Of a stretch of DNA of 64,000 nucleotides, positions 9,307 to 18,205 are shown piece by piece. Every line of letters begins with the position of its first letter. The stretch's first letter is position 1. The stretch lies in assembly GCA_963662545.2 (NCBI GenBank), contig CAXXLL010000002.1:256001-320000 (forward strand), in the 5' to 3' direction. Made by a program: the position numbers and the translations under genes. A model generated the notes under the pieces. That model was not told the DNA's origin and made no database searches. It worked only from the letters and a program-made list of their open reading frames with translations. The stretch is from Gammaproteobacteria bacterium. Its GTDB lineage: Bacteria; Pseudomonadota; Gammaproteobacteria; Ga0077536.

Positions 9307-11040
9307 ATGTTCAGTGTCATCGTAAAAAACGGCAAAGGTGAAACCTTACAGACCATTGAATGCCCGGTCGCGATCTGCGCGATAGGTAAGTCGCGCAGCA
9401 ATCTCATTCAACTGCGCGGCTGGAAAATCGCTCCACAGCATGCAGAGATCCAGCGCACGTCTGAAGGTCTATTCGTCGAACGGGTCGCGCAAAAGGCTGC
9501 GGTGGAAATCAACGGTAAAGCCGTCGAACATTACGGGCCGCTCAGGACCTCCGACGAGATCCGCATCGGCGGTTATGTTCTGCAGGTCGGTTCCTTCAAG
9601 AAAAAGGAGCAAGCCGAAAAAACCAAACCTAAAACTGACAAAAATATCGATTTTGTACTCGATCAAGACGATGACGATGACGAGGAAGATCTAAGAACCG
9701 TTATCGGCGTGCCGCGGCATGCCGAGATCGAAGGGTCCGAAGAGCTGTCTAAAACGCTGCTCGATCTGCGTCACCAGGACAAATTCAAGTATCGCAACCG
9801 CGTTCACGAAGAGCTGCTCGCGGCGATGGATCTCAGGCGCACGGACGTCAGCTCGATGGACGAAGAAGAGCTGCGCAAACACGTCAAAGGATTGATCAAG
9901 GAGATCATCGACGAACTCGGTGCGAAGATTCCCGCCGACGTCGACCGATCGGGTCTTGCCAAAGAGGTACTGGACGAAGCGGTCGGCCTCGGCCCGCTAG
10001 AGGAACTGCTTGCCGAAGAGGCCGTGACCGAGATCATGGTCAACAAGTTCGACGACATCTACGTCGAGCGGGGCGGGAAGCTGACCAAGTCTGAGATCAC
10101 GTTTTCCAGCGACGATGCGGTGATGTCGGCGATCGAACGTATCGTCTCGCCACTCGGTCGCCGCATCGATGAAAGTTCGCCCATGGTCGATGCGCGCCTC
10201 AAAGACGGTTCGCGCGTCAATGCGATCATCCCGCCATTGGCGCTACGCGGCCCCTGTCTGACGATCCGGAAATTCGCCGTCAAAAAACTAACCGGCGATG
10301 ACCTCATCGGTTTCGGTGCCATTAACAAGCCGATGGTTGCCTTTCTCAAGGTGGCGGTCGAGATGCGGCAAAATATCGTCATTTCCGGCGGTACGGGATC
10401 GGGTAAGACGACGACGCTCAACATCATGTCCAACTTCATCCCGCCGGATGAACGCATCGTGACCGTAGAAGACGCGGCGGAATTGAAATTGGCCCAGCCG
10501 CACCTGGTCAGCCTCGAAGCCCGGCCGGCCAATCTCGAAGGCAAAGGCATGGTGACCATTCGCGATCTCGTCAAGAACTGCTTGCGCATGCGGCCGGATC
10601 GCATCGTCGTCGGCGAGTGCCGCGGCGGCGAGGCGCTGGACATGCTTCAAGCAATGAATACCGGTCACGATGGATCCATGACCACCGCACACGCCAATAC
10701 GCCGCGCGATCTAATCTCACGGCTCGAAGTCATGGTCATGATGTCGGGCATGGATCTCCCGCTTACCGCCATTCGCGAGCAGGTTGCCTCCGCGGTCGAC
10801 GTCATCGTGCAACAAACCCGATTTACGGACGGTTCCAGGCGGATCATAAACATTAGCGAAATTACCGGTGTCGAAGGCGGCACCATTCAGATGCAGGACA
10901 TCTTCCGTTACGATCAAAAGGGCTTTAACGAAGAAGGCAAGGTGGTCGGCGAATTTGTCGCGACCGGCTGTGTGCCGGAGTTCTACGAGGATCTGCGCTC
11001 GCGCGGGATCAAGGTGGATATGAGTATTTTCGAAAACTGA
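9307..11040 (+). CDS. tadA: TadA/CpaF pilus ATPase with N-terminal FHA-like domain
   Basis: GLGPLE, Walker A GGTGSGKT, LRMRPDRIVVGECRG, MNTGHDG; first ~95 aa FHA-like. Confidence 0.95.
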   Translation: MFSVIVKNGKGETLQTIECPVAICAIGKSRSNLIQLRGWKIAPQHAEIQRTSEGLFVERVAQKAAVEINGKAVEHYGPLRTSDEIRIGGYVLQVGSFKKKEQAEKTKPKTDKNIDFVLDQDDDDDEEDLRTVIGVPRHAEIEGSEELSKTLLDLRHQDKFKYRNRVHEELLAAMDLRRTDVSSMDEEELRKHVKGLIKEIIDELGAKIPADVDRSGLAKEVLDEAVGLGPLEELLAEEAVTEIMVNKFDDIYVERGGKLTKSEITFSSDDAVMSAIERIVSPLGRRIDESSPMVDARLKDGSRVNAIIPPLALRGPCLTIRKFAVKKLTGDDLIGFGAINKPMVAFLKVAVEMRQNIVISGGTGSGKTTTLNIMSNFIPPDERIVTVEDAAELKLAQPHLVSLEARPANLEGKGMVTIRDLVKNCLRMRPDRIVVGECRGGEALDMLQAMNTGHDGSMTTAHANTPRDLISRLEVMVMMSGMDLPLTAIREQVASAVDVIVQQTRFTDGSRRIINISEITGVEGGTIQMQDIFRYDQKGFNEEGKVVGEFVATGCVPEFYEDLRSRGIKVDMSIFEN

Positions 11041-11918
11041 TGGCTACTCTGTGGGCCATCGTCGCCACCATCGCCTTTCCGCTGGCAATTCTGGCGGTCT
11101 TTCTCTCGGCCACCTTAGCGTGGGTGATTATCTCCACCAAAGCGCAAAGCAAGCTCGAAGCATATCGGCAGGATTTCACCACCTCGGCGTCGTCCAACAT
11201 GGCCGACATGTTCATGTTCGTCGACCCCAACCGACTGTTCCGGATCAATTTGATCGTGCTGGTCGTTGTGCCGATCGTCGTATGGTTGCTCCTCGGCGAT
11301 TGGATCACGACGCTTGCCACGTTCTTTATCATTTTGATATTTCCAACGTATTACTATCGATCGATGAAGAAAAAGCGCCTCGCAATGATCGAAGCACAAC
11401 TGCCGGATGCGCTGGCCATGGTAGCGGGCTCCATGCGCGCCGGCGCGAGTCTCAGTATCGCACTCGATAACCTCGTCGCCGAGCAACCGGCCCCACTCAG
11501 TCAGGAATTTGAAATTTTTACTCAAGAGCAACGCCTCGGCGTCGACTTCGAGCTATCGCTCGACAATATGGAAAAACGTATACCGATGCAGGATTTCGCA
11601 ATGTTGATGACCGCACTGCGAATCAATCGTGAAGTAGGTGGGAATCTCGCCGACACGATCGATTCACTAGGCGATACCTTGCGGAGAAAGGGCACCATGG
11701 AAGGCAAGATCCAAAGCTTGACGGCACAGGGAAAATTGCAGGGCATAGTGATGACCGGCCTGCCGGTACTGCTCGGCGTTCTGCTCAATTTTCTCGAACC
11801 GGAGGCCATGAGCAAACTTTGGACGACCGGTATCGGTTGGACCGTGTTGGCAGTGGTCATCGTCATGGAAATACTCGGTTATCTCATGATCAGCAAGATC
11901 ACATCGATCGACGTCTAA
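11040..11918 (+). CDS. tadB: TadB inner-membrane platform protein
   Basis: QLPDAL...RAGASL, REVGGNLA, LTAQGKLQ; coupled to tadA. Confidence 0.92.
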   Translation: MATLWAIVATIAFPLAILAVFLSATLAWVIISTKAQSKLEAYRQDFTTSASSNMADMFMFVDPNRLFRINLIVLVVVPIVVWLLLGDWITTLATFFIILIFPTYYYRSMKKKRLAMIEAQLPDALAMVAGSMRAGASLSIALDNLVAEQPAPLSQEFEIFTQEQRLGVDFELSLDNMEKRIPMQDFAMLMTALRINREVGGNLADTIDSLGDTLRRKGTMEGKIQSLTAQGKLQGIVMTGLPVLLGVLLNFLEPEAMSKLWTTGIGWTVLAVVIVMEILGYLMISKITSIDV

Positions 11919-11938
11919 TGCGCATGAGTATCGTGTAA

Positions 11939-12832
11939 ATGGAAGAAGGCCTCTCAGGACCGATGCCGTTCATGATCATGCTCGCCTGGGGGCTGAGCGG
12001 TTTTTGTTTTCTGCTGCTCGTGTTCTGGGTGAATTCGCTCATCGAGGAGGAAGATCGAGCCTACATGGATCCGTTGCCGCCTTTACTGAAACTGATCTGG
12101 CCGTTCGTTCAAATCATTGCTAATTTCGTCGTGGCGTTTCTGCCTTACGATTATCTCGAGTACACCGAAAAACGGCTGCAACGAACGGGCGTCAGTTATC
12201 TCGTTACCGCCGAGCAGTTCGTCGCGCTGCAGCTCTTCCTCGCGATGCTCTCGGCGCCCGTCGTATGGATGTGTCTCAACGTAATGCAAAAATCGCTTCC
12301 GCTGGCGATCATTTTGGCGCCCTTCGCTGGATTTCTATTTCCTAACGTGTGGCTGGCTGATACGCGCAAACGCCGGGAACTCGGCGTAATCCGGAGTATG
12401 CCCGTGTATCTCGATTTCATCACGATGTGCGTCGAAGCCGGGCTTAATCTATCCGGCGCGCTGGCGCAGGCGATGGAAAAAGGGCCGCCGGGGCCCTTAC
12501 GCAATGAATTCGCCATCGTGTTGCGTGACCTGCGTGCCGGCGTGACCCGAGCCGACGCTTTACGGCGCATGGCCGACCGCCTCGACATTCTCGAAGTCAC
12601 GAGCTTCGTCAGCGCCGTCATCCAAGCCGAAAAGATGGGCGCAAGCCTCGCATCCGTGTTACGCGTTCAAGCTGAACAGCGCCGTAACGAGCGCTTTCAG
12701 CGCGCGGAAAAACTCGCCATGGAGGCGCCCATTAAACTCGTTGGGCCGCTCATCCTGTTTATTTTTCCGGTCACATTTATCGTGCTCGCATTTCCGATCG
12801 TCATGAAATTCATGGCTGAGGGTTCAATGTGA
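11939..12832 (+). CDS. tadC: TadC inner-membrane platform protein
   Basis: LDFITMCVEAGL, QAEKMGAS, AEKLAMEAPIKLVGPL. Confidence 0.92.
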   Translation: MEEGLSGPMPFMIMLAWGLSGFCFLLLVFWVNSLIEEEDRAYMDPLPPLLKLIWPFVQIIANFVVAFLPYDYLEYTEKRLQRTGVSYLVTAEQFVALQLFLAMLSAPVVWMCLNVMQKSLPLAIILAPFAGFLFPNVWLADTRKRRELGVIRSMPVYLDFITMCVEAGLNLSGALAQAMEKGPPGPLRNEFAIVLRDLRAGVTRADALRRMADRLDILEVTSFVSAVIQAEKMGASLASVLRVQAEQRRNERFQRAEKLAMEAPIKLVGPLILFIFPVTFIVLAFPIVMKFMAEGSM

Positions 12833-12887
12833 TTACGGTGCGCTCCTCATAAGAGGCGCGACGCGCGTTCCAAGCGTCGCGAGATGC

Positions 12888-14900
12888 TTGACGAAGGTGA
12901 ATTCACTCTATTCCATCGGCCTTGCGGTTCTGATTGTCTTTCTCGCCGCTTGCGGGAGCACTCCGGAACGTAAAGAAGCGGCCGCTGCTAAAGAGCCGAC
13001 GGCAGTCGACTTGATGGCCACACTAGCCTCGGCGCGTTCCGCATACGCTCAGAAGAACTGGCGCGAGGCGGAGCGGCATTACGAAATCCTGGTGCGTCGC
13101 GTGCCGAAAGATCCAGAGCACTGGTTCCGGATGGCGAATATCTATGCGCGTACCGAGCGTCCGGATCTCGCGGTCACGGCTTATCGCGAAGTCCTCGTGC
13201 GCGACTCCAATTACGCTAAAGCGTGGTTCAACATGGGCATCGTGCAACTGCGGCAGGCAGCCAATAGCTTCCGCAAGATGGAAGTACACGTTGACGAATC
13301 CGACCCGGCGCGCATGCAAGCTGCGGAAGCCTATCAGGGTATTCTCGACATTATCGGCGGAGAGAATGGGCGGGCGGAACAACCTGCGCCAATCGTGCGG
13401 GCCATTCCGGATCAGCAGTTCGAAGCGCCCGAAAGCGATGCCGCTACCGTATCGGACGCGGAAATTGTAGAAATCCCCGACGCTTCCCAGGCCGATGTAA
13501 GAGAGGCTTCGACACCGGTGCAAGCTGCTGTAAGCACCGGAGATGTCGAAGCGATCGGTGCTGCCGAGCAGGTCGATGATAGAGAAATCGCTGACGTCGC
13601 CGTACAACCCGCGCCGGTCGAGGACGCTGAACTTGAGAAGGCCGGAGAACTGGAAGCGATCGCCGGAGCCGAGGAAGCGACGGCAGTCGAGGAAGCTCCG
13701 GCACTCGAAGAGCCGGCCGGCGCCGTGGTGACAGAGCAGCCAGGCACCGTGGCGCAACCGGTGCTGGCTGATGACTCCAACATTGAAGAGACCGGAGATT
13801 TGGAAACGGCTTCGCAAGCCCAGGAAACCGCGGTAGGCGACGACACTCGAATCCTTGGAGAGGCGGGCCAGGGGGTTATGAACGACGAACCAGAAATGGC
13901 GGGGCACTCCGCGGTGGTCGAGGATTCGGTTCCTGAAGAGACGGCCGAGGCTGCGATGCCCGAGGAAGCAGAAATAGCGGCACAATCCATAATGGTCGAG
14001 GATTCGGTTCCTGACGAGTCGGCCGAGGCTGCGATGCCCGAGGAAGCAGAAATAGCGGCGCAATCCATAATGGTCGAGGATTCGGTTCCTGAAGAGACGG
14101 CCGAGGCTGCGATGCCCGAGGAAGCAGAAATAGCGGCGCAATCCATAATGGTCGAGGATTCGGTTCCTGAAGAGACGGCCGAGGCTGCGATGCCCGAGGA
14201 AGCAGAAATAGCGGCGCAATCCATAATGGTCGAGGATTCGGTTCCTGAAGAGACGGCTGAGGCTGCGATGCCCGAGGAAGCAGAAATAACGGCGCAATCC
14301 ATAATGATCGAGGATTCGGTCCTTGAAGAGACGGGAGAACTCGAAGCCGCAGTTGACGCTCGGGAAGCCGTGCCATTTGATGAAATTCCAGCGAGCGAGG
14401 AGACGGCTGGGGCCATTGAGCCAGAACAAGCGCCTGTAGCGGTGCAAGCTGCGGCCATTGAGGACCCCGGCGTCGATGAGACGGGAGCAACTGAAGCTCC
14501 CTTAGAAGTAGATGAATCCGCGCTTGTCGACCTTGATCGAACGATCGAAGAGACCGCCGAACCTGCTATGCCCGAACCACTGGAAACAGCAGTGGAATCC
14601 ACGGCTACCGAGGGAACGATTGATACTGCGGAAATCGAGCCGGGCGAAACAGTCGGTCCGGCTGGGCAAGCCGAGCCGGTCCCGAACGCGGAAGTGATTG
14701 AGGAGTCACGCGCAATCGAAGAAGTGGAAGAAATCAGACAGGCTGTCGAAGTTCAACAAGCCGGGGTGGTCGAATATAGCGGGCTGGCCGAACCAGTCGT
14801 TCAAGATGCGAAGTCTGTCGCAGCGGAGTTAGTAGATGGGGCCGAAAATGCCCGCAATAGCGGTGATCTCGAGGACGCCGGGCATGCTACCACTGAATAG
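12888..14900 (+). CDS. TPR lipoprotein (TadD-like) with a long acidic repetitive tail
   Basis: Lipobox LAAC; TPR helices (WFRMANIY, AWFNMGIV); about 500-aa Glu/Ala-rich C-terminus. Confidence 0.8.
   Translation: MTKVNSLYSIGLAVLIVFLAACGSTPERKEAAAAKEPTAVDLMATLASARSAYAQKNWREAERHYEILVRRVPKDPEHWFRMANIYARTERPDLAVTAYREVLVRDSNYAKAWFNMGIVQLRQAANSFRKMEVHVDESDPARMQAAEAYQGILDIIGGENGRAEQPAPIVRAIPDQQFEAPESDAATVSDAEIVEIPDASQADVREASTPVQAAVSTGDVEAIGAAEQVDDREIADVAVQPAPVEDAELEKAGELEAIAGAEEATAVEEAPALEEPAGAVVTEQPGTVAQPVLADDSNIEETGDLETASQAQETAVGDDTRILGEAGQGVMNDEPEMAGHSAVVEDSVPEETAEAAMPEEAEIAAQSIMVEDSVPDESAEAAMPEEAEIAAQSIMVEDSVPEETAEAAMPEEAEIAAQSIMVEDSVPEETAEAAMPEEAEIAAQSIMVEDSVPEETAEAAMPEEAEITAQSIMIEDSVLEETGELEAAVDAREAVPFDEIPASEETAGAIEPEQAPVAVQAAAIEDPGVDETGATEAPLEVDESALVDLDRTIEETAEPAMPEPLETAVESTATEGTIDTAEIEPGETVGPAGQAEPVPNAEVIEESRAIEEVEEIRQAVEVQQAGVVEYSGLAEPVVQDAKSVAAELVDGAENARNSGDLEDAGHATTE
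13915..14334 (+). repeat. 78-bp near-perfect tandem repeat, about 5.3 copies (26 aa, EDSVPEETAEAAMPEEAEIAAQSIMV)
   Basis: AGGATTCGGT recurs at 13921, 13999, 14077, 14155, 14233, 14311. Confidence 0.95.
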
Positions 14901-15684
14901 ATCCAAGCGCGGGCAGGCGATGGTCGAGTTCGTCATCGTGGCCGGCGTGCTCCTGATGCTGATCCTTGGATCGATCCAGTTTGCGCTCATCTACCATGCT
15001 AAAACGACGCTGAATTACGCAGCCTTCGAGGCCGCCCGCGCGGGATCGGTGACCAACGCGCGGATGTTTGCAATGGAACTGGCCTTCGCGCGCGCGATGG
15101 CACCGCTATACACGACGCCTTACGTGGACGAAACGTGCAATTCGGTTTTCGTGCCCACTACTAAAACGGCAACCGATGATTTAAGTCCGCTCCACGGTAC
15201 CAGCCTGTCGCTCTTCCACGTCCAATGCGCTCGACAACGCGTCCGCGACATGATCGAGGAAGGCAAGTACGTCCGTATTCTGCTCGTCAATCCGACTGAG
15301 GATTCCTTCATCGATCACGGCGAAACCGTAGGCGGTACCCGTTACATTCCGAACGACAATTTGATGTACCGCAGTGCGTTTGTAAGTCCACTGTCCGGGC
15401 AATCCGTTCAGGACGCGAATCTCATCAAGGTTCACGTCAGCTTTTGCCATAAGCTGATCGTACCGCTGGTTGATCGCATGATTTCACGCATGATTACGGA
15501 TGCACCGGACGACGAGTTTCCGGAAAACTTCGGGGCGCCCGATGGGAGCTCTTTTGCGTTCCGCTGTTCGGTCGATGGCGCTAACGAGGGTCGCTACGGT
15601 ATTGCGATCCATGCGGAAGCGGTCATGCGTATGCAGTCTGATGCAATCGAAGATATCTTCTGTGCTGGATCCTGTGGCACCTAA
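14884..15684 (+). CDS. TadE-family pseudopilin
   Basis: RGQAMVEF prepilin motif, LNYAAFEAARAG, QDANLIK; overlaps upstream stop. Confidence 0.85.
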   Translation: MLPLNRSKRGQAMVEFVIVAGVLLMLILGSIQFALIYHAKTTLNYAAFEAARAGSVTNARMFAMELAFARAMAPLYTTPYVDETCNSVFVPTTKTATDDLSPLHGTSLSLFHVQCARQRVRDMIEEGKYVRILLVNPTEDSFIDHGETVGGTRYIPNDNLMYRSAFVSPLSGQSVQDANLIKVHVSFCHKLIVPLVDRMISRMITDAPDDEFPENFGAPDGSSFAFRCSVDGANEGRYGIAIHAEAVMRMQSDAIEDIFCAGSCGT

Positions 15685-15750
15685 GACGACCCGAATCTCC
15701 TGCTCACCTTGCCGTAACCACGCCGCAGTAACTCTAAAAGTGATCTACGT

Positions 15751-16524
15751 ATGCCTAAGGATCTCTTCACCATCGAGGGCAAAACAGCACTCGTAACGGG
15801 TGGATCGCGCGGTATCGGGCTCATGATCGCGCGCGCCTATGTCGAGGCGGGCGCGAAAGTCTACATCTCGTCACGCAAGGTCGATGTTTGCGCTGAAGCC
15901 GCGGCAACATTGTCGAAGCTCGGTACCTGCACCGCGCTACCGGCCGACCTGTCGAAGATGGACGAAATCGACCGTTTGGCGAACGAACTCAAGGCGCGCG
16001 AGGATGCGCTTCACGTGCTGGTCAATAATGCGGGCGCGACCTGGGGCGCTAAGGTGGACGACTTCCCGGAGCAAGGCTGGGACAAGGTCATGGACGTCAA
16101 TCTCAAGGCGCCGTTCTTTCTGATTCAGAAACTATTACCCGTATTGGAGGCGGCTGCCCGTGCCGATGATCCCGCGCGGATCATCAACATCGGTTCGGTC
16201 GATGGCTTGCATAACTCGCTCTTCGAAAACTTCTCCTATGGCCCTTCCAAAGCAGGACTGCATCACATGACACGCAATTTGGCGGCGCATCTCGCAGCGC
16301 GGCACATTACCGTGAACGCAGTCGCCCCCGGACCCTTTGCCACTGACATGATGAAACCGATGATTGAAACGATGGGCGATGCCATAACTGCAAACGTCCC
16401 GCTTGAGCGCATGGGCTCGCAGGACGACGCGGGGGGCATTGCAATCTTTCTGGCGGCGCGTGCGTCAGCGTATATCACCGGTGCCGTCATACCACTCGAC
16501 GGCGGGGTTATCGCGGCGTCCTGA
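15751..16524 (+). CDS. SDR family oxidoreductase
   Basis: TGGSRGIG, NNAG, YGPSK. Confidence 0.92.
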   Translation: MPKDLFTIEGKTALVTGGSRGIGLMIARAYVEAGAKVYISSRKVDVCAEAAATLSKLGTCTALPADLSKMDEIDRLANELKAREDALHVLVNNAGATWGAKVDDFPEQGWDKVMDVNLKAPFFLIQKLLPVLEAAARADDPARIINIGSVDGLHNSLFENFSYGPSKAGLHHMTRNLAAHLAARHITVNAVAPGPFATDMMKPMIETMGDAITANVPLERMGSQDDAGGIAIFLAARASAYITGAVIPLDGGVIAAS

Positions 16525-16540
16525 GCCCACTCGATCGAAT

Positions 16541-16975
16541 CTATTCGGGCAGCGTATCCCCCGACCCCCCCATTTCGGCCGGCACGTCCTTCATCTTCGG
16601 TAAGCCGTCCTTGATGCTCAGCACAGACTCTGCATAGAAGACGTGCACCGCGGGCTGAAAGTCGAGTTGCGTAAGAATCGCTGCGTAAACGTCGATCAAT
16701 CCCATGCCGGGATGATTCGTCATGATGTGGCCGCCGCAGTCCCTGCACCATTTACGATGGCTGTTGTCCGTTTTGGCATAGGTATCGAGCTTGTCTTCAC
16801 CCTTTGTAATCTTGACGGAATCGGGACTCCACAGCGAGAACGCATTGATCGGTCCGGCCGACCAATGACGGCAGGATTCGCAGTGGCAATAGCCCATTGC
16901 CGTGGGCGTGCCGGTCACTTCAATTTGGACGGCGCCGCAGAAGCAGCCGCCGTGGTAGGTCTGGTCGTCGCTCAT
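16541..16975 (-). CDS. GFA/CENP-V family zinc protein
   Basis: GGCFCG, CHCESCR, CRDCG; GGAGG RBS. Confidence 0.9.
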   Translation of the reverse strand: MSDDQTYHGGCFCGAVQIEVTGTPTAMGYCHCESCRHWSAGPINAFSLWSPDSVKITKGEDKLDTYAKTDNSHRKWCRDCGGHIMTNHPGMGLIDVYAAILTQLDFQPAVHVFYAESVLSIKDGLPKMKDVPAEMGGSGDTLPE

Positions 16976-17094
16976 GACGGTTTTCCTCCGAGTTCAGATA
17001 CTGCGCGAGGCGCAGTATCGGTCAATGCGTTTACGTAGCCATCGTATCACCTGCCTTAACCCTCACGATATATACGTGCCGTGCTTCGATTTGG

Positions 17095-18198
17095 ATGATA
17101 ATCCGGGCGGTGACGCGCCCATTCGACAAACGTGCTCCCGTCCGGGTCGTAATCCTTTTCACCGCCTGGGCCGTCTGGCTACCGGCATCGGCTGAGCGCG
17201 GCCTCGATCTCACGATCGCTACGGTACACGCACCGACCGTACCCTGGGTGACTGTGATAAGAGACTACGTGTTGCCCGAGTTCAACGCGCAGATGGCGGA
17301 GCAAATGCCCGATATGCCGGTTAGATGGACCGAGGCTTACGGCACGCTCTACAAATGGCACAACAGTCTCGATGCCGTCGAGATCGGCCTTGCCGACGTC
17401 GGTTGGGTCGGCGCGCTGTGGGAAACCTCCAAGCTGCCGCTGCAGAACATCACCTATTCGCTGCCATTCATCACTGACGATCTGTTGACCTTGGTGCGCG
17501 TAATGAATCGACTGCACGACGAGATCCCTGGGATGCGTGAGACCTGGGAGCGGTATAACACGCATTTTCTCGGCATGAGTGGGGTCGAAACCTACCACCT
17601 CATGACTAATTTTCCCGTGCATAGCCTCGACGATTTGAAAGGTCGCAAGATCCTCGCGCCCGGCGCGGCCGCGATCTGGCTCAAGGGCACCGGTGCCATC
17701 GCCGTCGACGGCGCGCTGTCGACCTATTACACGCAGTTGAAGACCGGTGTGGCGGAAGGGACCGTCTCCATTTTGACCGGTATTTATCCGTTTCGGATCC
17801 ACGAGGTCGCGCCCTATGTGACATTCGTCGGCATCGGTGCGCAATGTACCGGTGCGCTGACGGTTAACCTCGATGTATGGCGGCGGCTGCCGCCGGCGGC
17901 GCGTGACATTCTAAGCCGGCTCGGTCGTGAATACGGCGAGCGAGCCGCCCTCGAAGTCCTCAAGCGTTACGCGGACGCCTACGAGGGTCTCAAGAACGAC
18001 GGCGTGGTGTTCGCCACCCTGCCGGCCGCCGAAAAGCAACGTTGGATCGACGGACTGCCCGATCTGGGCCGCACCTGGGTCGCGCGCAACGAGGCCAGGG
18101 GATTACCCGCGGGCGACGTGCTCCGGGGCCTCATGCGGGGCCTGAGGGAATCCGGAATCGAGCCCATGCAAGACTGGGACCTGCAGATCGATCCCTGA
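17095..18198 (+). CDS. TRAP transporter substrate-binding protein (DctP family)
   Basis: SLDDLKGRKI, YTQLKTGVAEG, IHEVAPY; adjacent to TRAP permease; start uncertain. Confidence 0.85.
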   Translation: MIIRAVTRPFDKRAPVRVVILFTAWAVWLPASAERGLDLTIATVHAPTVPWVTVIRDYVLPEFNAQMAEQMPDMPVRWTEAYGTLYKWHNSLDAVEIGLADVGWVGALWETSKLPLQNITYSLPFITDDLLTLVRVMNRLHDEIPGMRETWERYNTHFLGMSGVETYHLMTNFPVHSLDDLKGRKILAPGAAAIWLKGTGAIAVDGALSTYYTQLKTGVAEGTVSILTGIYPFRIHEVAPYVTFVGIGAQCTGALTVNLDVWRRLPPAARDILSRLGREYGERAALEVLKRYADAYEGLKNDGVVFATLPAAEKQRWIDGLPDLGRTWVARNEARGLPAGDVLRGLMRGLRESGIEPMQDWDLQIDP

Positions 18199-18205
18199 TT
18201 TCAAG

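Noticed and set aside
13915-14334. Possible CRISPR array
   Set aside because: Contiguous 78-bp units with no unique spacers, in frame within a CDS, and no cas genes
13023-14602. Long antisense ORFs (474 and 396 aa) and similar shadow ORFs throughout
   Set aside because: Explained by high GC and repeats opposite well-supported genes; no motifs
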